Origin: Promethearchaeota archaeon
GTDB lineage: Archaea; Asgardarchaeota; Lokiarchaeia; Sigyniarchaeales; SOKP01
Assembly (NCBI GenBank): GCA_011364975.1
Contig: RDOE01000024.1
Coordinates: 1-40,158, forward strand
Direction: 5' to 3'
DNA length: 40,158 nucleotides
This document shows positions 1 to 10,100 of this stretch, in pieces. A program made the translations under genes and the position numbers. The notes under the pieces are model-generated. The model saw only the letters and a program-made list of their open reading frames with translations. It had not been told where the DNA came from and searched no databases. Numbering within the stretch: position 1 is the first letter of the stretch; the number at the start of each line of letters is the position of its first letter.

Positions 1-586
1 TTGATTGTTTCAGTAATAGAATTTATTTTGTTTATTGAAATGGTCTTCTTTTTTACTATTGGATGTATGTGGATTAATAAAAATGAATTTGAAATTCAAG
101 GTTTTCTCAACTTCATTACCTCCATAGTCTTATTTTTTTCCTTTCAATCCCCATTTACAAGATGCTATTCTGTAATTCTTTTACTCCTTGGTTAAATGAC
201 CTTTTCAGGTGATTTTAAAATTACATTACGTTATGCTCTGGATTTTAGCTAATTTTTCAGAATTTTTCTTGGTTTTTGAGGGATTACTCCATTTATATAT
301 TTCAATCCTTTACTTTAGAATAAAAAAATATAGGTTAAAAATGGCATTTGACTTAATTATCTGCTATTTTTCTAGTTTTCTTCTTTTTTGTTTTAGGAAG
401 ATTTATCTGTGTATACCCAACAATTACTATGTAGAACCAACAAATTTAAATATTAGAAATTCTTTATGTATAATAACTAGAGGATCTAGTGGTTTAGCTT
501 CTTTTTAATGTAATTTAATTTAATTCAAATTATTTAAAAATTCAAGTTAGGCTAATTCCTCAAGAAAAAGTAGTTAAGATAAAAAA

Positions 587-2170
587 ATGAAAATAATATA
601 TATAAATCCGTCCCGTATTGAATCTGGATTGGATGCGATTGTAAAGAGTCCTCCACTGAGCTTGCTAGCAATAGCAGGAATGGTCCCAGATCATGATGCA
701 AAATTATTTGATTTTAAAGTAGACAAATATGATGAAAAGCAGTTTCGAAACGAGTTAAATCGATGTGATGTTGCCGCAATTACGAGTTTAACACCTCAGG
801 TATACCATGCTCTCGAGATTGCCGAAATAGCAAAAGAACAAGGCTGTACAACTATTATAGGCGGCTATCATCCTACCTTAGCACCTGAATTTGTTGCAAA
901 GAACGATTATGTGGACTTTACCGTCAGAGGAGAGGGAGAACACACATTTAAAGAAATTATAGATTACCTAAATGGAAATAAAAAGCAAACGTTATTAAAA
1001 GATATCAATGGTATTTCGTATCTAAATGATCATCATGAGATTATTCATAATAAAGAGCGACAAATTGAATTGAATTTAGATAATTTTGGAATGCCTCGTA
1101 GAGAACTTCTCAAAGGTAAAAAGTATACCACATTAGGGGCATCTACAGCATCAATTGAGACTTCAAGAGGATGTCCTCATAACTGTAAATTCTGCTGTAT
1201 AATAAAAATGTGGAGAAACACCGACACAAAAACAACTTACAGGACTAAATCCATTTTAAGAATAATGCAAGAAATATATGACGTTGATAAAAAGAACAGT
1301 TTTATTTTCTTTTGTGAGGATAATTTCACTATTAATGTAAAACGCACTAACAAAATCTTAGATACTATCATTCATTCAGGAATTAATAATAAATTTTATT
1401 TCTCATGCCAATCACGTGTAGATACCTTATATAGGAATCCCTACTTGATAGAGAAACTCTATAAGGCGGGATTTAGGCAAATATTTCTTGGTATTGAGTC
1501 GGTTCATCAACAAAGTCTCGATGCAATGAATAAACATAATACCACCCCTGAAATGGTTAAACATGTTGTCAAGAGTCTAAGGAATCTTGGTATTTCAATC
1601 TTTGGTGGTGTAATCATCGGATTTCCGGGAGAAACTAAACGCATGGTTCGACAGAACATACAGAACACAATTGATTTAAACTTGGATGTAGTCCAATTTA
1701 CACCAATAACAGCGTTTCCAGGAACTCCATTTTATGATGAGGTAAAACAAGAAGGTAAGATAACATCAAACAATTATAAGCATTATGATCTTTTCCATCC
1801 TATGATGAAAACTGATCAATTAACATCTAAAGAGATGTATAAGTTAGTTGTTGAGGCTTACGCTGCGTTTTATATGAAAAGTTGGTTAGTAAACAGAGGA
1901 AAGGAGTACGTAAATCCCTTTGGTAAATTTAATTGGATGTTTCAAAACTTGGGTAGGTTAGTAAAACAGATGGTATTTGGGGGTATGAGCATGCTCTATT
2001 CACAAGGTATCACTACTAAACAGATTTCTAATGAATTGAAAAATAAGAGCGAATTAATGAAGGATGTTAATTTGAAAAATCTCGAATATATAGTACAAAG
2101 GGAAATGATTGAAACAGCTCAAAAAATGATAATTGTAAATAAAGCTGAAGCTATCAAAGAGCAAACTTAA
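587..2170 (+). CDS. Cobalamin-binding (class B) radical SAM protein
   Basis: N-terminal B12-binding-like region (PPLSLLAIAG, IIGGYHPT, VRGEGE), SRGCPHNCKFC CxxxCxxC motif, FLGIES and IIGFPGET motifs. Confidence 0.92.
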   Translation: MKIIYINPSRIESGLDAIVKSPPLSLLAIAGMVPDHDAKLFDFKVDKYDEKQFRNELNRCDVAAITSLTPQVYHALEIAEIAKEQGCTTIIGGYHPTLAPEFVAKNDYVDFTVRGEGEHTFKEIIDYLNGNKKQTLLKDINGISYLNDHHEIIHNKERQIELNLDNFGMPRRELLKGKKYTTLGASTASIETSRGCPHNCKFCCIIKMWRNTDTKTTYRTKSILRIMQEIYDVDKKNSFIFFCEDNFTINVKRTNKILDTIIHSGINNKFYFSCQSRVDTLYRNPYLIEKLYKAGFRQIFLGIESVHQQSLDAMNKHNTTPEMVKHVVKSLRNLGISIFGGVIIGFPGETKRMVRQNIQNTIDLNLDVVQFTPITAFPGTPFYDEVKQEGKITSNNYKHYDLFHPMMKTDQLTSKEMYKLVVEAYAAFYMKSWLVNRGKEYVNPFGKFNWMFQNLGRLVKQMVFGGMSMLYSQGITTKQISNELKNKSELMKDVNLKNLEYIVQREMIETAQKMIIVNKAEAIKEQT

Positions 2171-2266
2171 ATTTAAATTTTAAACTATTTTTTGAATATT
2201 TCGTTATTTTTACTTATATCCAAATCTTTTTTTTGAAACCTTTATTTAAAAATATGATTAACGCTT

Positions 2267-3280
2267 ATGAAGGAAGTATTTCCGGGAATTTTTTTAATCA
2301 AAGAAGTTAGGAAGTTTCTAAAGTTTATCGAGTCTACTAATATATACGTTATAGCTGGACCTGATGGATTAATTTATGATGGAGGATATGGAACTAAACG
2401 ATTAGTTAATTCTGTAATTAATGAAGTGCAGAAAATCAAAGAATTATATCAATATAAGAATGAAAGAATAAACTTAACAAGAATTCTTCCGAGTCATAGC
2501 CATTCAGACCATATTTCAGGATTATCTAAATTACGGAAAGCTCTTGGGGTAAAGATTATGGTTACAAAAGATATGGCAAATATTATAATGGATAAACAAC
2601 GGTATGCATACGCTTATAGGTCAGACAGTTATAGAGATTATTTTATAATAAATAGTGGTCTGAAAAGAAAATTGAAGAGTTACCTACTGAGTAAACTCTC
2701 GAATTTTTTTTGGAATCTAATCTCAGGAATTTCATTTGTAAAGGATCCTGATGAAATAATAGATGATAACACTGAGATTCTTATAAATGATGAAACTTGG
2801 AAAATTTTTCCATCTCCCGGACATTCATTCGATCATATATCTCTGTATAATGAAGAAAAAGGGATTCTTTTTACGGGGGATAATCTTTTTAAGTCAATAT
2901 CTGGTTGGTTAGGTCCTCCAGAATCAAATTTGGATGATTACATGAAAACCCTTGAAATATATAGCAACTTAAAAAATTTAAAGTTAATTCTTCCTGCTCA
3001 TGGTGAACCAATTGAAAATCCGAAAGAAAGGATTAATGAAATTATCTTGCATCGTGAAAATCGTAATAAGCAAGTTTTTGACTTAATCAATGAATTTAGA
3101 GAAGAAGGAATTACCTCAAAACAAATAATTAATAAGATTTATACAAATGGGCGTAATATCATAAAACAAATCGCCCGAGGATGGGTTTCATTAACTCTAA
3201 AAAAATTGGAAGCGGAGAATCATATTTATAGAAAAGAATCAAAGAAAGAAATAAGATTTTTTCCTGTAAATAAGCTATAA
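2267..3280 (+). CDS. MBL-fold metallo-hydrolase with C-terminal winged-helix-like domain
   Basis: HSHSDH, PGHSFDH, LFTGD and ILPAHG metallo-beta-lactamase motifs; C-terminal LKKLEAENHI helix-wing pattern. Confidence 0.9.
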   Translation: MKEVFPGIFLIKEVRKFLKFIESTNIYVIAGPDGLIYDGGYGTKRLVNSVINEVQKIKELYQYKNERINLTRILPSHSHSDHISGLSKLRKALGVKIMVTKDMANIIMDKQRYAYAYRSDSYRDYFIINSGLKRKLKSYLLSKLSNFFWNLISGISFVKDPDEIIDDNTEILINDETWKIFPSPGHSFDHISLYNEEKGILFTGDNLFKSISGWLGPPESNLDDYMKTLEIYSNLKNLKLILPAHGEPIENPKERINEIILHRENRNKQVFDLINEFREEGITSKQIINKIYTNGRNIIKQIARGWVSLTLKKLEAENHIYRKESKKEIRFFPVNKL

Positions 3281-3342
3281 TTTTTATTTTATATTTTCTA
3301 ATACAACTTATATAGTTTTAAACGAATTGAAATTGGTGGATA

Positions 3343-4722
3343 ATGATGAAGATTAGTATGATTGGTGCTGGAAGTGTTGTGTTTGGTGAGAATGTCTTAA
3401 CAGATATTTTAGCACAACCTACACTTATACAAGATACAATAATTTGCTTAGAAGACATTGATCCTGTTCGTTTAGACTTAATGTACCGTTTAATGTTAAA
3501 ATATAAAGAACTTTATCCCAATAAATTAGAAGGGGTTCATTTTGAAAAGACTACCGATTTAAGAAAAGCAATTACAGATTCAAAATACGTAATTTGCTCA
3601 ATACATGTTGGCGGGTTAGAGGCATATAAAATCGACTTAGATATTCCTTTAAAATATGGAGTTTCGCAGTGTGTGGGTGATACAATCGGACCTGGTGGTG
3701 TATTTCGCTTTTTACGAGCAACTCCAATATTAAAACAGATTGTCAATTTAATGAAAGAAGTTGGATACAATAGTGGTAATGATGGGTCAAAACCCATTTT
3801 ATTTAATTATGCTAACCCTATGGCTATGAATACATGGTATTGTAATCATATGGTACCTGATTCTACTGTTGGACTTTGTCATGGCGTACAACATACTGCT
3901 TGGCTTTTAAGGACATGGATTGGTGTAAAACCTGAAAATTTTACTTTTACTTGTTTCGGGATTAATCATTTAGCATGGTTTATCGAAATCCTCTATCGAG
4001 AAAAGGATGAACCCAAGGCTGAATGGAAAAATGCGTATCCCTTATTATTTCAACGATATAAAGAAAATCCTGATATGATCAAAAATGAAGGAGTTCGTTG
4101 GGATATGATGGAAGCTGCAGGATACTTCATGACTGAAGAATCCCGGCATCTAAGTGAATATGTTCCATATTACAGAAAAAGAGAAGAATTATTGGAAAAA
4201 TATAAAACACCAGGTGAAAAATATGGTATGCTTACTCATGGATTTACCTATGAGATGGATAGTGCTTCAGCAGGAGTTTTAGAATCAACTTTAGAAAAAA
4301 AAATAAGAAGAAGTAAATTAAAGCTAAAAAATGCTCCAACAGATGAATATGTCTCCCATATTATTAGTGCTATGGAAACTAATAAACCTTTTAAATTTCA
4401 TGGAAACCTGATCAATAAAGAAGGGGGATTAATAACAAATTTACCAAAAAATTGTTGTGTTGAAGTCCCTACCTATGCCGATTATAATGGCATTCACCCT
4501 CAAGGAGGATTAACCTTACCTAGTGTATGTCAAGCTTTATGTCTCTCAAATATTATGGTCCAACAATCAGCTGTTGAGGGCGCAATTGAGTTAGACCGAG
4601 AAAAAATATATCATGCCATTTTATTAGACCCAAATACTGCTAGTATCTGCTCTCCGAAAGAAGTGAGATCAATGGTTGAGGAGTTATTCGATGCTGAAAA
4701 AAAATGGCTTATTGGATTCTAA
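3343..4722 (+). CDS. Family 4 glycoside hydrolase (NAD+/Mn2+-dependent alpha-galactosidase/alpha-glucosidase, MelA-like)
   Basis: IGAGSVVF NAD-binding start, GDTIGPGG, NYANPM, GLCHG, GINH and HLSEYVPYY GH4 motifs; GGTGG SD upstream. Confidence 0.9.
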   Translation: MMKISMIGAGSVVFGENVLTDILAQPTLIQDTIICLEDIDPVRLDLMYRLMLKYKELYPNKLEGVHFEKTTDLRKAITDSKYVICSIHVGGLEAYKIDLDIPLKYGVSQCVGDTIGPGGVFRFLRATPILKQIVNLMKEVGYNSGNDGSKPILFNYANPMAMNTWYCNHMVPDSTVGLCHGVQHTAWLLRTWIGVKPENFTFTCFGINHLAWFIEILYREKDEPKAEWKNAYPLLFQRYKENPDMIKNEGVRWDMMEAAGYFMTEESRHLSEYVPYYRKREELLEKYKTPGEKYGMLTHGFTYEMDSASAGVLESTLEKKIRRSKLKLKNAPTDEYVSHIISAMETNKPFKFHGNLINKEGGLITNLPKNCCVEVPTYADYNGIHPQGGLTLPSVCQALCLSNIMVQQSAVEGAIELDREKIYHAILLDPNTASICSPKEVRSMVEELFDAEKKWLIGF

Positions 4723-4880
4723 TTAAGTAACTTTATTGTTCTCAAGCTTTAATTTTTATAGCAAATAAATTATAACCTAATTTCTTTTCTTGTTTAAGGA
4801 TCTTAATCTTAAAATTTAAATCAAAATTATATTTTTTACCTTATTGGATGCATTATAATCTTTCAAATTTTTTGATTTAT

Positions 4881-4900
4881 CTGTGATAATCTTATCACAG
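4881..4900. promoter_or_regulatory. Perfect inverted repeat CTGTGATAA-TC-TTATCACAG, candidate operator or terminator hairpin
   Basis: 9-bp arms with 2-nt spacer, 93 nt upstream of the helicase start; followed by a T10 run. Confidence 0.45.
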
Positions 4901-4993
4901 CTTTTTTTTTTAAAATTAATAGACCATTGATAATAATCGATAAATCAAGGGTGTCATGATTTTTAATTATTTAAATTAAATTATACAACTCAA

Positions 4994-7147
4994 ATGAGTT
5001 CGGAAAAAACGAGTCACTTTAATGGAATATTCATAAAGCAAAATAGAATATTTTATCGACAATATCAAGAAAATATATTTAATAAATGTAAAAATAAGAA
5101 TTCATTGGTAGTTTTACCAACCGGCTTAGGAAAGACAATTATTGGGATTTTACTAATTTCTCATGCACTGAAAAAATATTCCAAGTCAAAAATTTTAATA
5201 CTAGCCCCAACTCGACCTTTGGTTTCCCAGCATAAAGTATCCTGTGAGAATTTTTTAGATATTGATTTAGAGAAAATAACTTCATTTACGGGGAAAGTTA
5301 CACCCGAAAAGAGAATACTTTCCTACAAAGACGCTCAAATCATTATTTCAACACCTCAAATAATAAAAAACGACTTAGAAAGAGGGAGGTATGATCTAAA
5401 GGAAGTTTCTTTGATTATTTTTGATGAAGCTCATAGAACAAGAGGAAATTATTCATATTGTTTTATCTCAGAAGAGTATATAAACACTTGTACTGATCCA
5501 CTTATTTTAGGGTTAACCGCTTCCCCCGGCAAAAATTATCAACGTATTCAAGAATTATGTGAAAATTTATTTATTGAAAATGTTATTTTCAAAACCTATA
5601 CTGATAACGATGTAGAAAAATACATATACGATATCGACACATTTCTAGAGTTTGTAGATTTACCTGTAAATATTTTAGAATTTAGTGCAATATGGTATAA
5701 CCTCTTTGAAAAATATCTCCGATTTTTTATTGAAAGGAAATTGATTCCCCCAAATAAGCCATACTATTCAAAATTAGATTTTATAGGAATTGCTCAGGAT
5801 TTGAATATCTCCCTCAGGTATGAAAATGGTTATCTACCAGATTTAACAGAAGAAAATTATTTAGATCTTTTATATAATAAATCTCCAAGAGTAATTGATC
5901 TCGTTAATGAACAAGAACTTAATATAGAATCGATCTTCTCATATTGTTCTAGTTGTGTTTCAATTCTTCATGGTAAAGAATTACTAGAAACTCAAAATAT
6001 TTCTTTATTCAATAGTTTTCTTCATCGATTAGAGGCCAAATATAATGAAGATATTCTTTCTGCTAAGAGAATCGTTAATTCAGACCATTATAAGTATATT
6101 AAAACCAAATTGGAAACGAAAAATTTAGAGGAATTTTCACACCCAAAAATCGAGAAATTAATTACCATAATTAATGAAGAAATTGAAGAATATAATAACA
6201 AGAAAATTATTATTTTTACGCAATATAGGGAGATGGCTGAATATTTAAAAGAAACATTAATTAATCACTATAAAGCTGAGCTTAGTTTTGAAAAATTTAT
6301 TGGGCAGTCCACAAAAGTGGATGACGTTGGCTTTACCCAGAATAGGCAAAGTGAAATTATAAAGGATTTTAGAGAGAATAAAATAAACATTTTGCTCGCA
6401 ACAAGTGTAGCTGAGGAAGGATTGGATATTCCAAATGTAGATGCGATTGTTTTCTACGAACCTGTACCCTCTGAGATTCGAATGATTCAAAGAAGAGGGC
6501 GTACTGGAAGACATGGTCCAGGAAGATGTTATCTTTTAATTACAAGAGAAACAGTGGATGTACCTTTTTATAAGGTTGCTAATCGAAAAGAATCTACAAT
6601 GAATGCAATTCTTTCCCAGCCAAAACAACTAAATTTATGCACCATGATAAACCGAAAAAAGATCACTTTTCATTCCAAACCTAGTAAAAAAGTTAACGAA
6701 GACTCAATTTCTGCTTTTTATGAACGAAGAAATAAAGAAATAGAATTATTAGCAAATCGCTCTATTGAAGAGATTTTAGAAGAGTTAGACAAATTTTCGA
6801 CTAGCATTCAATTTAAAAACTATAAAAACCATGGAATAACCTTTGTATCTGATTTAATTAATTTCGATCCCAAAACATTAAAGAAATCAATTCTTAAAAT
6901 TAAAGGAAAGAAAAGGGATATTATGAAGGAGAAAAAAGTATATTTAAATAAAAATGTGAAGGCTCTTATCAATATTGTTAAATGTTTTAATAATGAGGGT
7001 AAATTATCTTTTGATGAATTCCAAAAGTATGCTCATGAAGAAGATATAGTAGAAAATAAATTCTACATTCACTTTAATCGAGCATGTAATTTAGGATATC
7101 TTAAAAAAGAAAAAGATAATGTTATTTTTTTAGCAGATTATGAGTGA
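4994..7147 (+). CDS. hef: Hef/FANCM(Mph1)-family SF2 DEAH helicase, without a recognisable ERCC4 nuclease domain
   Basis: LPTGLGKT, APTRPLVSQH, IFDEAH, GLTASPG, ATSVAEEGLDIP, FYEPVPSEIRMIQRRGRTGR motifs typical of Hef/FANCM. Confidence 0.9.
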   Translation: MSSEKTSHFNGIFIKQNRIFYRQYQENIFNKCKNKNSLVVLPTGLGKTIIGILLISHALKKYSKSKILILAPTRPLVSQHKVSCENFLDIDLEKITSFTGKVTPEKRILSYKDAQIIISTPQIIKNDLERGRYDLKEVSLIIFDEAHRTRGNYSYCFISEEYINTCTDPLILGLTASPGKNYQRIQELCENLFIENVIFKTYTDNDVEKYIYDIDTFLEFVDLPVNILEFSAIWYNLFEKYLRFFIERKLIPPNKPYYSKLDFIGIAQDLNISLRYENGYLPDLTEENYLDLLYNKSPRVIDLVNEQELNIESIFSYCSSCVSILHGKELLETQNISLFNSFLHRLEAKYNEDILSAKRIVNSDHYKYIKTKLETKNLEEFSHPKIEKLITIINEEIEEYNNKKIIIFTQYREMAEYLKETLINHYKAELSFEKFIGQSTKVDDVGFTQNRQSEIIKDFRENKINILLATSVAEEGLDIPNVDAIVFYEPVPSEIRMIQRRGRTGRHGPGRCYLLITRETVDVPFYKVANRKESTMNAILSQPKQLNLCTMINRKKITFHSKPSKKVNEDSISAFYERRNKEIELLANRSIEEILEELDKFSTSIQFKNYKNHGITFVSDLINFDPKTLKKSILKIKGKKRDIMKEKKVYLNKNVKALINIVKCFNNEGKLSFDEFQKYAHEEDIVENKFYIHFNRACNLGYLKKEKDNVIFLADYE

Positions 7148-7177
7148 AAATAAAATAAATCTCAGATTTTTGGTATA

Positions 7178-10100
7178 TTATATTTTCTTCTCTTTTCTTT
7201 TCTTATAATAGATATATATTATTATCGCTACAGCACAAACAATCAAAATTAAAAAAATCGATGGATCCCCACCTGTTACTGTTGATAAGGAGAGGGTGAT
7301 GGATAATAATGCTGCTACGAATGTAAATATTGTATAATTTTGTTTAGTAAAATTTCGAAATTGGTTGTAAAACATATAAAACCGAAAATTCATCTTTTTG
7401 ATAACTTCGAGCTCACTTTCATTAAGCCCATTAAGAACCTCGGGATTTTCATAGTATAATCCTAAATTTGGGTCATATTTTCCTGGTAATTCACCAGCAC
7501 TGATTAGGGATATGATATGATGTTGAATTAGTGGTTTCTTAATTTTTAATTCATTTTGTAGGAAGCTTAAGGTAAGATATTCATTTGCTACTGCTTTTAT
7601 TGCCATAGTAATATAAGATTTAAGTATAGATTCTTCTGCAACTTTGATTTTTTCTTTTAAAATTTCGTTAAATTCTTTAAGAAATAATTCAAAATCATCT
7701 ATGATATGTTTATTTCTTGTTTCAAAATCTCGAGTTTGTTTACTGTAATCCCTGATTAAAACTCTAATATTTTTATTCGTTCTTTTAATCTCTTCCTCAA
7801 TGTCTTTTTGTCTTTTAATGACCTTTAAATATGCTCTCTTGAATTGTTCAGTTTCAATAAAATCCTCAATTCTTGCTTGTAAAGTTCCAAGTAATTGACT
7901 AAAATGAATTCTTCTTTTGTTTAAATTATTAATCAATTCATTTCTATTTTTTTCAAATTTTTGGATATTAATTCTTTCGTCTACAATTTCTACTTTATTA
8001 TTGTAAATCTCATTTAATTCATTCTTTTTCCTTACATAATATTCTCTTATTTCTGTTTCAAATTTTTTTGACTCATAGCTCGTGCTTAATGTTGATTTTA
8101 ATTTCTCATTAATACTTAATTCAGTAATTCTTATGCGATCTTCCAACTTTTTATTCTTATCATCAATTAATTCTCTTAATTTATCATAAGTTTCAATTTT
8201 CACTACAAATTCTAAAATTTTTGTATAAATCTTTTCCAATTCTAATTTAACAACGCTATATTCTTGATCTATAAAAATTTGGAGCTCTTTAAAAATAGTT
8301 AAATTCTTACCGATATTCTCTAAAGCCAATTTATTATTGCTTATAATAGAATCAATATCTTGTTTAAGTGCAATATTCTCAGATCGTTTTTCATCAATAT
8401 TAAGTTCCTTTACTTTATTTTTAATTTGATTATTCATCAGTACTTCAAGATTTCGCACATCAGATATTCGATTTTGAATCTCTAGTGTGTTAACTCCAAG
8501 TGTTTTGTTTTTAATACATGAATCATATAATGCTAAAATTTTTCCGACAGCTTCTTGATACGCTTTTAAAATTTTCTTTTCTACAAAATTTCTTAATTCT
8601 TTATTTTTATAGTATTCTTCGGTATGAACAAGCAATTCTTTTTTGTCCTCAAATAAATCGCCCTGAATTTTTGCAATTTCGATTAAATCCTTGAGTTTTG
8701 GTATTAATAATTTACATTTAATGTTTATTTTGTTTGACAGTTCTTTAATATCAATAGTATCACTATTCTCTTCTCTACTTATAATTAAGATTTGTTCGGA
8801 GATCATGTTGTTTATATACTCTTCCTTAAGATTTTCAATCTCATTCTGAAAATAATTTTTATAGTTTTCATATTGCTTTACTGAAATCGAATTTTCATCG
8901 TAATTCATTATTAATTCTTTTAAGTCATTATATTTCTTAGCAAAATTTTTATTATTAACTTCAAAATCGGCCAATATCTCATCAAATACTTTATTAACTT
9001 CATCTATACGTTTAATTTTGGATATATCTATTAATTTCTTTACGTTTTCAATTTTTCCTTTAAAATTTTGGATACTATTATTAATAAAGCTATTAAAGTC
9101 CTGGATGTTTGCCTTGTTTCTTTCTTCTAAAACTTTATCTCTTAAAGATTCGACTTGCTCAGCAATTAATTCCAATATATTCTCTTCAAGGCTCTCCAAC
9201 TTTTCTTGAAGATATTTATAAAACGGATAAAGCTTTTGCTTAAATTTAGCCTCCTTTTTAATTATATTTTTAACTTCTTTAATTTGGTCTGTTTTCTGAG
9301 ATAATAGAATTTCAGATTCAGACTTAATTAAATCGAACGCTTCTTGGAATTGATTGCTTTTAACCCTATCTCTTGAAGCTTCTTTAATCTTTAAAATCTC
9401 CGCTCTTATATCATCTTTTATCGAAAATATACCCCCATTTACCCTATTAAAGAACTCAAAACCATTGGTATAATCCTTAAATTCAGAATCATATTTTTCT
9501 TTAAAATCAACCCAATTATCAATAACTTTTTTGTGTTTCTTAATTATTTTCTTTTCTTTAGATGTGATCTGATGTGAAATTCTGTAAATAGCATTATCAG
9601 ACTTATTCATATAATCTGAAATAGTAGTAAATGCTTTAATGATTAGATTGAATTTCTCTTCTGAGTATCCATCTTCAAGAATTTCACTAATATAATTCTT
9701 AAATAAATCTAATTCCCGGGTTATATAATCTTGAATGTCATATACCTTATTATCTAATTCATCTAATAGATTGTCAAATTTTCTTAATTCTTCTTTCTCT
9801 TTGATTTCTTGCTGTAAATAAGAATTAAGTTCTATTAAACGAGATTTTAATAACGCATACGCATTATTCCATTGTTTAATATCAGAAGCTAGAACTGCTT
9901 GTAAGTTAATATAATTTAAATTTTGATTAAAGGATGATTCGATATTTTCATTTAAGAAGTCAGCCTCCATTAATGCGTTTCTTAGTATAAATTTTAATCT
10001 CTCTTTCGCATATTCAATCTCTTCAAGATACAAATAAGATTCGATCTCTTCTTTAATTTGGGGGACAGTACTTTTTAATTTCAATATCATATTATAGATG

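Noticed and set aside
1-508. ORFs 1..195 and 209..508
   Set aside because: Phe/Leu/Ile-rich translations of T-rich DNA with no SD or motifs; probably non-coding.
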